From Limnochordia bacterium (GTDB lineage: Bacteria > Bacillota > Limnochordia > DTU087 > JAAYGB01), in contig JAWLBR010000001.1 in the NCBI GenBank assembly GCA_041687495.1, forward strand, positions 12,014-76,013: 64,000 nucleotides of DNA. Direction: 5' to 3'. A model generated the notes under the pieces. The model made no database searches. It saw only the letters and a program-made list of their open reading frames with translations, and was not told where the DNA came from. Both the position numbers and the translations under genes were made by a program. Numbering within the stretch: the stretch's first letter is position 1; each line of letters opens with the position of its first letter. Below, in pieces: positions 37,001 through 47,247 of the stretch.

Positions 37001-38334
37001 TGGGCTTCACCCCGCTCTATCAACCTGACCGTGTCGCCGGCACTGAGAAACTCATGCCCCGAGATGATGACTACACTTTCTTCGGTAAGGCCGTCGAGTA
37101 CTTCCACCATTCCATCGCCAACTATCCCGCGCACAATAGGGCTCAGCTTGGCTTTGCCGTCTTCAACCACATAGACAGATGAAGTACCATCCTTAGTCAC
37201 GACTGCCCGCTCTGGGATGGCCAACGCATCATCTTTTGCCGAGACGACGATGGACGCTGAAGCATACATACCGGACTTTAGGGTTCCGTCGCTGTTATCC
37301 ACTTTTACTTTCACACCAAACAAGCCGGTTACCGGGTCAGCGGCTGGCGAGACGGTATCCACTATCCCCTCAAAGACCTGATTAGGCAGGACATCGACGA
37401 CAACCCGAACCGACTGGCCCGGCTCCAGCAGAACGATTTCCCGTTCACCCACACGCAAATCAATTTCCAAAGTGCTAAGATCGAGGATAGTAGCCACGGG
37501 AGCACCACCGGCTGTGCCGCCTACCTCTACGCTTGCTGAGGCAATGGTGCCGGAGATGGGCGCCTTCACGGCAGCGTAAGATAGCTGCAATTCTGCCGAT
37601 TTCAGGGCTACCTCTGCCTGTCTTACCTGAGCCTTAGTCGCAGCAATATCGGATTCTCTGGCCCCTTTCTTGATCAGGTCCAGGCTCTTCTCAGCCGAAA
37701 GGCGTTGAGCCTGCGCCACCTCAAACTGGGCTTGAACGGCATCCCAATCCTTAGCTGCTAAAACCCCAGACTCAAACAGCTTCTTACTGCGCTCATACAC
37801 CAGAGCAGTGTTAACAAAGTTGGCCGCAGCTTGGGCAAGGGCAGCCTCCGCCTGCTTGACTTCCTCAGGCCGAGCACCTTCCACCACTCGCTGCAAGTTT
37901 GCCTGCGCTGCCTCCAACGCCGCTCTTGCCTGCTGCACTCGCAGTTCCAGCTCATTGGTCTCAATCTGCAGCAGTACGTCACCAGCACTTACTTGGTCAC
38001 CCACCCTTACATTGACCGCGGTAATCTGCCCCGCTGCCTTGGGCATGACATCAACCCTGCTGGCTGATTCCAGCTTGCCGTGCACAGTCAACGACTCGGC
38101 AAGCCTTTGTCTTTGCGGCACAGCGGTTGTCACCGGCTTTGCCGCTGGCTGCTGCATCACCGGCCCCCCGACAGCTGGCATGGCTTCCGGTGGCTGCGGG
38201 GATTGTCCGACCATGCGTACTCCGAAAAAGATAACGATACCAAGGGCTATGACAGCCCCTACAATAAGACCTTTCTTCATCTTTTGTTCCCTCCTATCCT
38301 CAGATGGGATGGGCGCTAATTGCGCCAATCCCAC
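36997..38334 (-). CDS. RND efflux membrane-fusion protein (HlyD/AcrA family)
   Basis: N-terminal TM anchor, long coiled-coil hairpin (AALEAAQANLQRV...), lipoyl/beta-barrel domains. Overlaps the RND gene start by 4 nt. Confidence 0.85.
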   Translation of the reverse strand: MGLAQLAPIPSEDRREQKMKKGLIVGAVIALGIVIFFGVRMVGQSPQPPEAMPAVGGPVMQQPAAKPVTTAVPQRQRLAESLTVHGKLESASRVDVMPKAAGQITAVNVRVGDQVSAGDVLLQIETNELELRVQQARAALEAAQANLQRVVEGARPEEVKQAEAALAQAAANFVNTALVYERSKKLFESGVLAAKDWDAVQAQFEVAQAQRLSAEKSLDLIKKGARESDIAATKAQVRQAEVALKSAELQLSYAAVKAPISGTIASASVEVGGTAGGAPVATILDLSTLEIDLRVGEREIVLLEPGQSVRVVVDVLPNQVFEGIVDTVSPAADPVTGLFGVKVKVDNSDGTLKSGMYASASIVVSAKDDALAIPERAVVTKDGTSSVYVVEDGKAKLSPIVRGIVGDGMVEVLDGLTEESVVIISGHEFLSAGDTVRLIERGEAQ

Positions 38335-38610
38335 TGTTATCCATCTTGTTCAGAACTCCTCAGCAGGGCACTGACTGACCGTCCAGTCACCAAGCAACAC
38401 TTATTGTAACCAATGTCAAACACAGGTGTCAATACCACACGCTGTATTTCCAAGAAGTTAACCAAACCTGCTCCAATAAAGCCATTGAGGAAATCTCTGC
38501 CTACCCCTCAGAATCGAGAGGTAACGCGACTCCAAAGACGAATATTTTTTGGCTGAAGGGAAGAACAGGACGCGGAGTCTCACTGCACCGCCAAAGATGG
38601 AGGCATTGGA

Positions 38611-39879
38611 ATGCTCAACGCAAAACCAAACACACTCAGCCCGCTCCCCCGCAAGAAGGATGCCAACTATTACGGCATCATGTGGGACGGGGCTCTCTTT
38701 TCCCTGGCAATGACCATATCGGCTTCAGCCACGGTATTGCCAGCCTTTGCCCAACGGTTGGGAGCCTCAGAACTGGTGATTAGTATTATGCCATCGTTGA
38801 CCACCGTGGGCTGGCTTCTGCCCCAGCTCCTTAGTGCCAGATACGTGGAAAGGTTGCGGCGGCGCAGGCCATACATCATGACTATGGGAGGAATCCAAAG
38901 GTCTCTGTGGCTGGTGTTAGCTGCCCTGACCTTCTTGCTGGGAGCCAGTAATCCTTCGCTCCTACTGACGTTGGTCATCCTCGTGATCTTGATCAGCAGT
39001 ATCTTTGACGGAATGGCGACTCCTGCTTGGATGGATTTCGTGGCCCGGGTCATCCCGGCAAGGCAGCGCGGGAGCCTATTCGCTACCCGCACCCTCATCA
39101 GTGGGCTGCTCGGCCTGGTAGGTGGATGGATCACCGAAGTGACCTTGGCGCAAGTCGGTTTTCCCGGCAACTTTGGACGCCTATTTGTCTATACGTCCAT
39201 TGCTTTTGCCGGCAGCTGGCTCGTCTTTCTCCGGATGACCAATGAACCGGATATTTCCGTACCTGTGGCTGCACCTAACTTACACGCATATTGGAGCAAT
39301 ATTCCTACTGTCCTGAGGCAGGACAAGGTTTTTCGCCAGTTCATGGCAGCTATGACCTTCCTGACCATGGGGACAATGGCGTTGGCCTTTTTCATGGTGG
39401 CTGCCTTGGAGCGGCTTTCCCTTTCAGCTGCCTATGCCGGTCAGTTTACCATTTTTATGACCGCTGGACAGATGCTGACAACCCTGTTCTCCGGTCGATT
39501 GGCTGATACCCGCGGGCACAAGATCAACCTACTGCTGGGCGCAGCCTTCGCTGCCTTAGCGGTGGCACTACCGCTTCTAGCTCCAAGCCTGAACCTGTTC
39601 CGCCTCGCCTTTGTCTTGTTGGGGTTTTCTACGGCATTGACCGTGACATCACGGCTGGCCATTGTCATGGAGTACGCTCCAGAACACGCCCGGGCCACCT
39701 ATGCCGGCATTCTCAACACGTGGTTAGCTCCCGTGACTCTGCTCGCCCCGCTTTTGGGCGGCTGGCTTGCGCAAAGCTTCGGGCATAATGCTGCCTTTAC
39801 CGCTGCTCTCATGGCCAACATCGTAGCAACACTGCTTTTCTGGCTGGTGGTCAAGGACCCCAGAGGAACAAGCATATAG
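38611..39879 (+). CDS. MFS transporter
   Basis: 422 aa, ~12 predicted TM helices with the two 6-helix halves typical of MFS. Confidence 0.8.
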   Translation: MLNAKPNTLSPLPRKKDANYYGIMWDGALFSLAMTISASATVLPAFAQRLGASELVISIMPSLTTVGWLLPQLLSARYVERLRRRRPYIMTMGGIQRSLWLVLAALTFLLGASNPSLLLTLVILVILISSIFDGMATPAWMDFVARVIPARQRGSLFATRTLISGLLGLVGGWITEVTLAQVGFPGNFGRLFVYTSIAFAGSWLVFLRMTNEPDISVPVAAPNLHAYWSNIPTVLRQDKVFRQFMAAMTFLTMGTMALAFFMVAALERLSLSAAYAGQFTIFMTAGQMLTTLFSGRLADTRGHKINLLLGAAFAALAVALPLLAPSLNLFRLAFVLLGFSTALTVTSRLAIVMEYAPEHARATYAGILNTWLAPVTLLAPLLGGWLAQSFGHNAAFTAALMANIVATLLFWLVVKDPRGTSI

Positions 39880-39900
39880 GGAGAATTTGTGATATAATCG

Positions 39901-40401
39901 TTGAGTATAGCCGGGAGAAGAGTAACGCCAGTATTGTTGAAAGGGGTTGAGCAGATGGGCATAATCATACTAGGAATCATCAGCGGCATTACGGTCGGGT
40001 TGTTAAGTGGCTTGGTGGGAATTGGCGGTGGAGTGGTACTGGTCCCGCTTCTGCTTTACGTGTTCAAGGTGGATATGCACGTGGCAGCAGGGACTTCCTT
40101 GGCCATTATTATCCCTACCGCTATCTCAGGAGTAGTTGGCCATCTCAGCCATGGGAATGTATCTTGGAAACTGGCCCTCATCATTACTATTGGTGCGATA
40201 GCCGGATCATTCTTGGGCGCCTGGATGGCGAATATCCTGCCAGCTGCCAGCTTGAAAAAAATCTTTGCATTTCTCCTGTTATTGATTTCCATTAAGGTCC
40301 TGCTTGATGCCTACAATATCCAACTCTTTGGTGGTTCCCAATCCACAGAGCAGGCTCAAGCGGCGGTCACCGAGTCTTCACAAGTTGATTCGTCCCGCTA
40401 G
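39901..40401 (+). CDS. TauE/SafE-like (DUF81) small membrane protein
   Basis: Gly-rich TM helices (LLSGLVGIGGGVVLVPLLLYVF) typical of the sulfite-exporter TauE/SafE family. The likely start is MGIIILG at ~39955. Confidence 0.6.
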   Translation: MSIAGRRVTPVLLKGVEQMGIIILGIISGITVGLLSGLVGIGGGVVLVPLLLYVFKVDMHVAAGTSLAIIIPTAISGVVGHLSHGNVSWKLALIITIGAIAGSFLGAWMANILPAASLKKIFAFLLLLISIKVLLDAYNIQLFGGSQSTEQAQAAVTESSQVDSSR

Positions 40402-40478
40402 ACCGACCAGCAAAAAGGGGCAGCCTCCATGAAGTCCAAAGACTTGTGGAACTGCCCCTTTCGTCTTTCCGTCCAGAA

Positions 40479-41825
40479 CTAGCTAGACCTACAGCTGCCC
40501 TTGGGTAGAACGATGATGACGTCAAGGTCGTTCACATTGGTCCTCGATTCAAACTGCAAAGAGTCCCCCAAATCGTCAAAGTAGATCTCGGCGTCGTGTT
40601 TGTTCAAGTAATGCTTAGCATCCAGTTTAGTCCTGCCCACTGTCCGAGGATCGGCGATGGCACCAGACTTACCTTCACCGTCGACTCCGTCCGTGTCTAC
40701 TCCAGCCACAACAACACTATCCCTACCAACTAGCTCGATGGCAGAAGCCAACACAAACTCCCGATTAGGGCCAAAGCCATCGGCATCTTCCCAATTGAAG
40801 GTGACTGTCATCTCCCCACCCATGATCAACGCAACGGGGGGTGCAATGGGATTCTGTGAGTCCTGGATCTCCTTGGCAATACCCATGATACACCGGGCTA
40901 TGTACTTGGCCTCACCGGAGTTTTGGCTGGTGAGAATCATGGTCGGTAGGCCAGCTGCCTCCGCGGTCTGGCGGGCTGCCTGCAGGGCAATCATGTTGGT
41001 GCCAATGAGATAGTTGCTTGTGTTCGCCGGAACAGTTCGCGGCGGCTCCAGCGATGGATCAGCAAGCCCTCTTTCCATATGCCTGCGAATGGCGGCTGGA
41101 CATTCATCCCAAATCCCGTACTGCTTCATCCGTAGGATTGCATCTGAGAACGTACTTTGGTCCATGTACGTAGGGCCAGAGGCGATTACACTCAGGTCAT
41201 CGCCAACCACATCAGACACCATTAGTGCAGCGACATCGGCGCCCTTCTGTTGACAAAACTGAGCAAACCGCCCGCCCTTAACCCGTGACACATGCTTGCG
41301 AATTGTGTTGATGTCATAAATTGTTGCCCCGCACCGCATCAACAGCTGATTCAGCCTATACATATCATCTACGCTGATGCCCTCGGGGGGAAGTTCAAAC
41401 AAAGCGGATCCGCCACCAGAGACCATGAAGACCACCAGAACTTTTTCATTGGGCCTGATGGCATCTACCATGTCCCAGATTTCCTGAGAGTACTGGATAT
41501 TGACATCTTTGGGTTCTGGGTGATAAGCCCGGCGGACCGGAATTTCTGTCTGAACCACGTTGATTTCTGACCCAATTTTAGTGATGGCCAACCCGGCGTC
41601 CGGTTTCAGGATGGATTCAAACGCGGCGCACATGGGTGTAGCCGCCTTTCCCACACCAAACAGCAGCACCCTTTGATACCTTGACAGATCGTACGTGTCT
41701 TGACAAATGGTAAGTGTGTTGCCATCCACGCTGACATTACTTCGTACAGAGTTCATCGGGTCTGCTGCATCTACCCCCGCCAGAATCATCTTCTTGGCAA
41801 GTTCTCGATACTTCTCGTAGCTCAC
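40479..41825 (-). CDS. Glycerate kinase (MOFRL family glycerate 2-kinase)
   Basis: 448 aa; N-terminal DUF4147-like and C-terminal MOFRL domains (…MVSGGGSALFE…; …AGVDTDGVDG…). Confidence 0.8.
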   Translation of the reverse strand: MSYEKYRELAKKMILAGVDAADPMNSVRSNVSVDGNTLTICQDTYDLSRYQRVLLFGVGKAATPMCAAFESILKPDAGLAITKIGSEINVVQTEIPVRRAYHPEPKDVNIQYSQEIWDMVDAIRPNEKVLVVFMVSGGGSALFELPPEGISVDDMYRLNQLLMRCGATIYDINTIRKHVSRVKGGRFAQFCQQKGADVAALMVSDVVGDDLSVIASGPTYMDQSTFSDAILRMKQYGIWDECPAAIRRHMERGLADPSLEPPRTVPANTSNYLIGTNMIALQAARQTAEAAGLPTMILTSQNSGEAKYIARCIMGIAKEIQDSQNPIAPPVALIMGGEMTVTFNWEDADGFGPNREFVLASAIELVGRDSVVVAGVDTDGVDGEGKSGAIADPRTVGRTKLDAKHYLNKHDAEIYFDDLGDSLQFESRTNVNDLDVIIVLPKGSCRSS

Positions 41826-41907
41826 AGTGCTTCCTCCTCACAGGCAGGCTTCTGCTGCCGCAGCATCCCAGCTCACTCCCTGAGACCCCAGTAGCCCTCA
41901 TCCACAG

Positions 41908-43740
41908 TCAGACTTCCAGCGACTCCAACTCATCTACCAGCTGCCCAAAAACAGAAAGAGCCGACTGGATCGGATCAGGAGCTGCCATATCTACACCGGC
42001 CCGGCGCAGGACATTGAGTGGGTAGTCGGAGCTTCCAGCCTGCAAAAATTCAAGATACTTGTCAACTGCTGCTTGGCCATTGGCAAGAATGCCTTGAGCC
42101 AACGCCGTCGCCGCCGAAAATCCCGTGGCATACTTGTAGACATAAAACGGCGTGTAGAAATGGGGGATCCGGGCCCACTCCATATCAATTTCCTCATCAA
42201 CAACCATGTCTGGACCGTAGTACTTTTCATTGAGGCTGCGATAAACCCGACACAGAGTCTCTGGAGTCAGCGGTTCTCCGGCCCACACCTTGCCATGGAT
42301 GTCCCGCTCAAACTCAGCAAACATCGTCTGACGGTAGACGGTGCCGCGAAACTGTTCGAGGTAATGATTGATGAGATAACGCCGCTGATTCCTCTCGGTG
42401 ACGTTCTCCAACACGTGGTGCATGAGCAAAGACTCGTTCAAGGTCGAAGCCACTTCCGCCAGGAATATCGGGTACTGTGCGTAGATATAGGGCTGATTGG
42501 TGTCAGAGTAGTGGGAGTGCAGCGCATGACCCATTTCGTGGGCCAAAGTGAACATGTTGTCCAGTGTATCCTGATAATTGAGTAGCACATATGGGTGCGT
42601 ACCATAGGTACCCCACGAGTAAGCGCCGGAGGTTTTGCCTCGGTTTTCCATGACATCGATCCAGTGACCGTCTAGTCCCTGCTGTAGGTTGGCTAGATAG
42701 TCATCGCCCAGAGGGGATAGAGCTGTCATTACCTTAGCTTTGGCTTCGTCATATGTGATCTTCATATCAACATCTGCAACGATGGGCGTGTATAGATCAT
42801 ACATATGCAACTCATCTAGGCCTAGCAGTTTTTTTCGCAGACGTACATACCGATGCATAGCTGGCAGGTTTTTGTGCACCGTGTCAATTAGGTTGTCGTA
42901 AACCGAAGTGTCCACGTTATCAGCGTGTAGGGCTGCTTCTAAAGCAGAGTTGTACTTGCGGGTTCTAGCAAAAAATGCCGAACGTTTGACGTTGGAGTTG
43001 AGCATGGCCGCCAGCGAGTTCTTCCAAGCGCCATAAGTCTTGTAGAGGGCCTGGAATGCGTCCCGGCGGACACGGCGCTCTCTGCTTTCCATGAACTGAA
43101 TGAACCGCCCCTTGGTCAGTTCTACCTCCTGGCCCGATTCATCGGTGATGGTTGGGAACTGAATGTCGGCGTTGTTGAACATCGAGAAGATGCTGCTGGG
43201 GGCCTGCCCCATCTCTGCGGCCTCCGCTAACAGCCGCTCCTGCGCTGCCGAAAGAGTATGCTCCCGCATCCGACCAATTTCATCGAGGTAATGCTGGTAC
43301 AGCTCCAGTCCCTGCGTGTTGGCAACGAAGTCCGCCAAGGTTGCAGTCTCGATGGTGAGGATTTCTGGCTCGACAAAAGAAACCTGGCTCCCTACCTGAA
43401 TGCTCAAAGTCTCAGCTCTGTCCAGCAGTGCCTGATACTTGGAGTTTCCGTTATCCTCGTCTTTGCGCATGTGAGCATAGACGTAGAGTTTTTCCTGCTT
43501 TTGAAACACCTCATCCTTTAGCTGCAGGCACTCATGGAGCCTTTGCCCAGATTCACCCAATGTTCCCTCAAATCCAGCTAGAGCAGGCAGCTGGTCCTTG
43601 ACCCAAGAGTAGTCCTGCTCCCACAGTTCGTCATTTGCGTAAATGTCCTCCAAACGCCACTTCATCTCGCTGGGAATCTCTTGCCTTCCCGGCAGGCGTT
43701 TAGCTGTATTGTTGTCGCTCACAAGCAATCCCTCCACCAA
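41908..43740 (-). CDS. pepF: Oligoendopeptidase F (M3B metallopeptidase)
   Basis: HEMGH zinc-binding motif (FTLAHEMGHALHS) and overall M3 architecture; 610 aa. Confidence 0.9.
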   Translation of the reverse strand: MVEGLLVSDNNTAKRLPGRQEIPSEMKWRLEDIYANDELWEQDYSWVKDQLPALAGFEGTLGESGQRLHECLQLKDEVFQKQEKLYVYAHMRKDEDNGNSKYQALLDRAETLSIQVGSQVSFVEPEILTIETATLADFVANTQGLELYQHYLDEIGRMREHTLSAAQERLLAEAAEMGQAPSSIFSMFNNADIQFPTITDESGQEVELTKGRFIQFMESRERRVRRDAFQALYKTYGAWKNSLAAMLNSNVKRSAFFARTRKYNSALEAALHADNVDTSVYDNLIDTVHKNLPAMHRYVRLRKKLLGLDELHMYDLYTPIVADVDMKITYDEAKAKVMTALSPLGDDYLANLQQGLDGHWIDVMENRGKTSGAYSWGTYGTHPYVLLNYQDTLDNMFTLAHEMGHALHSHYSDTNQPYIYAQYPIFLAEVASTLNESLLMHHVLENVTERNQRRYLINHYLEQFRGTVYRQTMFAEFERDIHGKVWAGEPLTPETLCRVYRSLNEKYYGPDMVVDEEIDMEWARIPHFYTPFYVYKYATGFSAATALAQGILANGQAAVDKYLEFLQAGSSDYPLNVLRRAGVDMAAPDPIQSALSVFGQLVDELESLEV

Positions 43741-44729
43741 TTATCGCTGTCAAACGTCTTCTGCCACCAGTGGCGGTTGTCCGTGTACCACTGGATCGTC
43801 TGCCGCAGCCCATCTTCCCAGCTCACCTGAGGTTTCCACCCCAATCGTCTGCGAATTCTGGTTGCATCCATCCCATAGCGCCAATCGTGCCCTGGCCGAT
43901 CAGCTGTGAAAGTGATTAGGTCATGGGATAGGCCCATTATGTCCAGGATTTCTTTGACGAGAGTGATATTGGCAACCTCGTTGTCCGCGCCGATGTTATA
44001 CACTTCACCCGGAACACCTTGATGCAGCACCAAATCTAACGCCCGGCAGTGATCTGTGACATGGATCCAGTCCCGAATATTCTTCCCATCACCGTATACT
44101 GGCAAACGCTGACCTTGCAGGGCGCTAGTAACCGCCTTGGGAATTAGCTTCTCGGGGTGCTGATACGGCCCGTAATTGTTGGAGCATCGGGTGATCATCG
44201 CCGGCAACCCATATGTCCTTACGTATGAACGGATCAGTAAGTCGCCACCAGCTTTAGTGGCAGCATAGGGGTTGTTCGGCGCCAGAGGGGATAATTCCGA
44301 GAACTTTTCTCGCCCACTCAAAGTCCCATAGACTTCATCGGTCGATACCTGAACAAAGCGGGAGACACCAAATCTACGGGCTGCCTCCAAGAGCACTGAG
44401 ACGCCTTGGACGTTGGTGCGGACGAAGTCTTCGGCATCGGCGATGCTCCGATCAACATGGGATTCAGCAGCCACATTGACAATGGCTGCAAACCGGTATT
44501 GACCAACAAGCTGATTCACTAACTCGGCATCGGCGATATCTCCCCGGACAAACCGATACCTAGGATCTGATTTCACATCCACCAGATTGGCAAGGTTTCC
44601 GGCATAGGTGAGTTTATCCAGATTGGTGATCCGCATGCTTGGGTGAAACCGCAGTAGGTGTCGAATCAGATTGCTTCCGATAAAACCTGCTCCGCCTGTA
44701 ACTAAAACATCCAAGACGTACTCCTCCAT
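43719..44729 (-). CDS. rfbB: dTDP-glucose 4,6-dehydratase
   Basis: N-terminal Rossmann VLVTGGAGFIGSN and SDR-extended YxxxK. 336 aa. Confidence 0.9.
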   Translation of the reverse strand: MEEYVLDVLVTGGAGFIGSNLIRHLLRFHPSMRITNLDKLTYAGNLANLVDVKSDPRYRFVRGDIADAELVNQLVGQYRFAAIVNVAAESHVDRSIADAEDFVRTNVQGVSVLLEAARRFGVSRFVQVSTDEVYGTLSGREKFSELSPLAPNNPYAATKAGGDLLIRSYVRTYGLPAMITRCSNNYGPYQHPEKLIPKAVTSALQGQRLPVYGDGKNIRDWIHVTDHCRALDLVLHQGVPGEVYNIGADNEVANITLVKEILDIMGLSHDLITFTADRPGHDWRYGMDATRIRRRLGWKPQVSWEDGLRQTIQWYTDNRHWWQKTFDSDNWWRDCL

Positions 44730-44930
44730 TTCCGTCTGATACAGCGGACCCGCGTCTGTTGTTCTTCAACATCTTCGCAAGGGGAGCTGAACCTCCTTTT
44801 CACCGCCGAAAACTCAGAAGGAATTGTCCCACTTGATCAGAAGTGTTCTACATATACTTGCGAGTTCTTGCTGAGCCAATGACAGGCTGCTGGCTCAGTC
44901 CGTATTTTTTCTATCTCATGGCTGACGGCG

Positions 44931-45836
44931 GTGATTAGTTTGGGGATCGTCATTACTGTAGCTAACCAGAAGGGCGGAGTCGGCAAGACCACTACCACCG
45001 TGAACTTAGGAGCGGCACTGGCACAGTTGGGACAGAAGGTTCTCTTGGTCGATCTTGATCCTCAAGGCGGGATGACTCTATCCTGCGGGTTTCAGCCAGA
45101 TACTCTCACCGCCACTGTCTACGATGCATTAAGATCAGAAGAAGTCTCTGCTGATGTGATATTGACCACCGGATTTGGCGTCGATCTCATTCCGGCTAAC
45201 ATTGATTTGTCGTTGGCTGAGATGGAACTGATCGGGATGATGGCGAGGGAGCGGCGCATTGCCGCAATTCTGGCCGATATTCGCGACATGTACGACTTTG
45301 TTCTAATTGACTCTCAACCCTCCTTAGGATTGCTCACTACCAACGCTCTGGTAGCCGCAGATCAGCTGATCATCCCTATCGCCTGTGAGTTTCTCGCACT
45401 TCGGGGAGTGGAGGCTCTGCTCAAACTGGTCCGTCAGGTGCAGGGCCAACAGAACAGTCAGCTGAAGATCATGGGCTTTCTTCCTACTATGTTTGACCGG
45501 CGGACCAACCACGCCCACGAGGTTCTTGAGGCAATCCAAAAAAGATTTGGCCACGAGGCACCGATTTTCGATCACATAGTCTACCGCAGCATCCGATTTC
45601 CTGAGTCTGCAGAGAAGGGTACCCCCGTGATCTTTCACGCTGCCACCATCGCAGGCGCAGACGCATACCGGGGATTGGCCCGGGAGCTGCTGCTCAAATA
45701 CGGAAATGAGGATGCGATTGCTGCACTTTCTGTTTCTGAAGCCGCAGCCACCGCCGAGGAGGAAGATAGCTCACCACCTTCCGGTAGAAAGCGTCCATCG
45801 GTACTGGCAAAGATGAAGGCGCACCTGACCAGGTGA
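44931..45836 (+). CDS. ParA/MinD-family ATPase (orphan, no parB seen)
   Basis: Deviant Walker A (VANQKGGVGKTTTTVNLGAALA). It is ~45 aa longer than typical ParA at the C-terminus. Confidence 0.8.
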   Translation: MISLGIVITVANQKGGVGKTTTTVNLGAALAQLGQKVLLVDLDPQGGMTLSCGFQPDTLTATVYDALRSEEVSADVILTTGFGVDLIPANIDLSLAEMELIGMMARERRIAAILADIRDMYDFVLIDSQPSLGLLTTNALVAADQLIIPIACEFLALRGVEALLKLVRQVQGQQNSQLKIMGFLPTMFDRRTNHAHEVLEAIQKRFGHEAPIFDHIVYRSIRFPESAEKGTPVIFHAATIAGADAYRGLARELLLKYGNEDAIAALSVSEAAATAEEEDSSPPSGRKRPSVLAKMKAHLTR

Positions 45837-45852
45837 CCCCAGACAGTAAGAA

Positions 45853-45887
45853 GTCCCACCCGCGCACCAGGGCACGGGTGGGACTTT
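45853..45887 (+). terminator. Rho-independent terminator after the ParA-like gene
   Basis: GTCCCACCCG-loop-CGGGTGGGAC is a perfect 10-bp stem, followed by TTTT. Confidence 0.55.
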
Positions 45888-45905
45888 TCGCTTGTAGCTT
45901 ACTGC

Positions 45906-46004
45906 TTAGAGAGTACCAAAGCCACCGAACAGAAGCAGGATCAAAACTAAGAAGATGATAAACCCGAAGTTTCCACCAAGCAATCCACCTTGTTGTTCTG
46001 CCAT
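45906..46004 (-). CDS. YjcZ-like small sporulation-associated peptide (32 aa), not in ORF track
   Basis: ATG at 46004 preceded by GAGGAGGG at -7. It encodes MAEQQGGLLGGNFGFIIFLVLILLLFGGFGTL, a Gly-rich N-terminus plus one hydrophobic helix, as in the YjcZ family of small sporulation proteins. Confidence 0.5.
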   Translation of the reverse strand: MAEQQGGLLGGNFGFIIFLVLILLLFGGFGTL

Positions 46005-46078
46005 CCAAAGCCCTCCTCTCGAACTGTCATGGTATATCATACTGGAGGGTCCAGGAAGCTGTGCTTAGGAATCGATTC

Positions 46079-47098
46079 CTATTTGTGCTCTGACATTGTA
46101 TCCAGAGCCAGAGCTCCGGCACCCAATAAGGCGATGTCATTGACAGAGGCAGACTTAGTAACCAAAGGCATTTCGGCTCCACGCCCAGCAAGGTGGGCGG
46201 CTGCCTTTTGTACCGCTTGTGGCAGGAACAGATCCGCACTGTTCATAACTCCCCCGCCCAAAACTATCACCTCTGGTGCCAACGCCCCGGCAATGTTGGC
46301 CAAAGCCACTGCCAGAGCATCGGAGACTGCATTCATTATCGCTAGCCCCAGGGCATCTCCCGCTCGAGCCGCCCCGCACACTGCTCGCGCGTCAATCCCA
46401 TGGCCTAACACATCGCCATTACCGCCATTAATCTTATTCGCCAGTTCACTTCCGGAAGCTGCAAAGCCGTGGGCTTGCTCGATCGCCGCTCGCGCAATGC
46501 TCGGACCTGAGACCAAAGCCTCTAGACAACCTCTGCCACCACACCCGCAAATTGGCCCACCGGGAGAGACGATCATATGGCCAAACTCACCGGCACCATT
46601 GGCCTTTCCCCGCCATAGCTGGCCATCTAGGATAACGGTACCGCCAACTCCAGTGCTCACCGTAAGGTACACGGCTGAGCGATACCCAGCAGCCGCTCCA
46701 AACCGATACTCTCCCCAACCAGCTGCGTTGGCGTCGTTATCCATCACCACCTGATACCCCGGAAAAGCCTCCCGCAGTAACGCTACCAGCGGGACATTTC
46801 TCCACCCGGGGAAATTGGGTGAAAGCAAGGCAGTCTGCCGAGTTTCATCGACTAGGCCACCAAACGCTATGCCCATTGCGGTCGCTGTGCCCTGTCCCGA
46901 TTGGAGCAAGGCTTTCACCCCGCACATCACTTTACTTATGGCTTGCGAAACGCCCTTGTCGGCCTCAGTGGGTATTGTTTGCTTCCCGACGATGACTCCG
47001 TCGCTGCCCATCAAGGCCAGAGCCAACTTTGTGTTCCCAATATCTATTGCCACCACAGCGGGTTTTGCCATTTGTGCTCCCCCCACGCCCTGGCCCAC
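46079..47098 (-). CDS. ROK-family sugar kinase (glucokinase-like)
   Basis: N-terminal ATPase motif (VVAIDIGNTKLALA) and the ROK zinc motif CGCGGRGCLE. Confidence 0.85.
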   Translation of the reverse strand: MGQGVGGAQMAKPAVVAIDIGNTKLALALMGSDGVIVGKQTIPTEADKGVSQAISKVMCGVKALLQSGQGTATAMGIAFGGLVDETRQTALLSPNFPGWRNVPLVALLREAFPGYQVVMDNDANAAGWGEYRFGAAAGYRSAVYLTVSTGVGGTVILDGQLWRGKANGAGEFGHMIVSPGGPICGCGGRGCLEALVSGPSIARAAIEQAHGFAASGSELANKINGGNGDVLGHGIDARAVCGAARAGDALGLAIMNAVSDALAVALANIAGALAPEVIVLGGGVMNSADLFLPQAVQKAAAHLAGRGAEMPLVTKSASVNDIALLGAGALALDTMSEHK

Positions 47099-47247
47099 CC
47101 AACTGGTGCGCTCTCCGGGCCTGCTTCACTACAACCTGTTCCCGCCAACCCACACAAATCCTTTGGCAAACAAAAAAGCCGGCACCCTCACCAAAGAGTG
47201 TCGGCCCTATCACTTGCTCTGCGTAGAGTTCCTGCTACTACCGCCGG

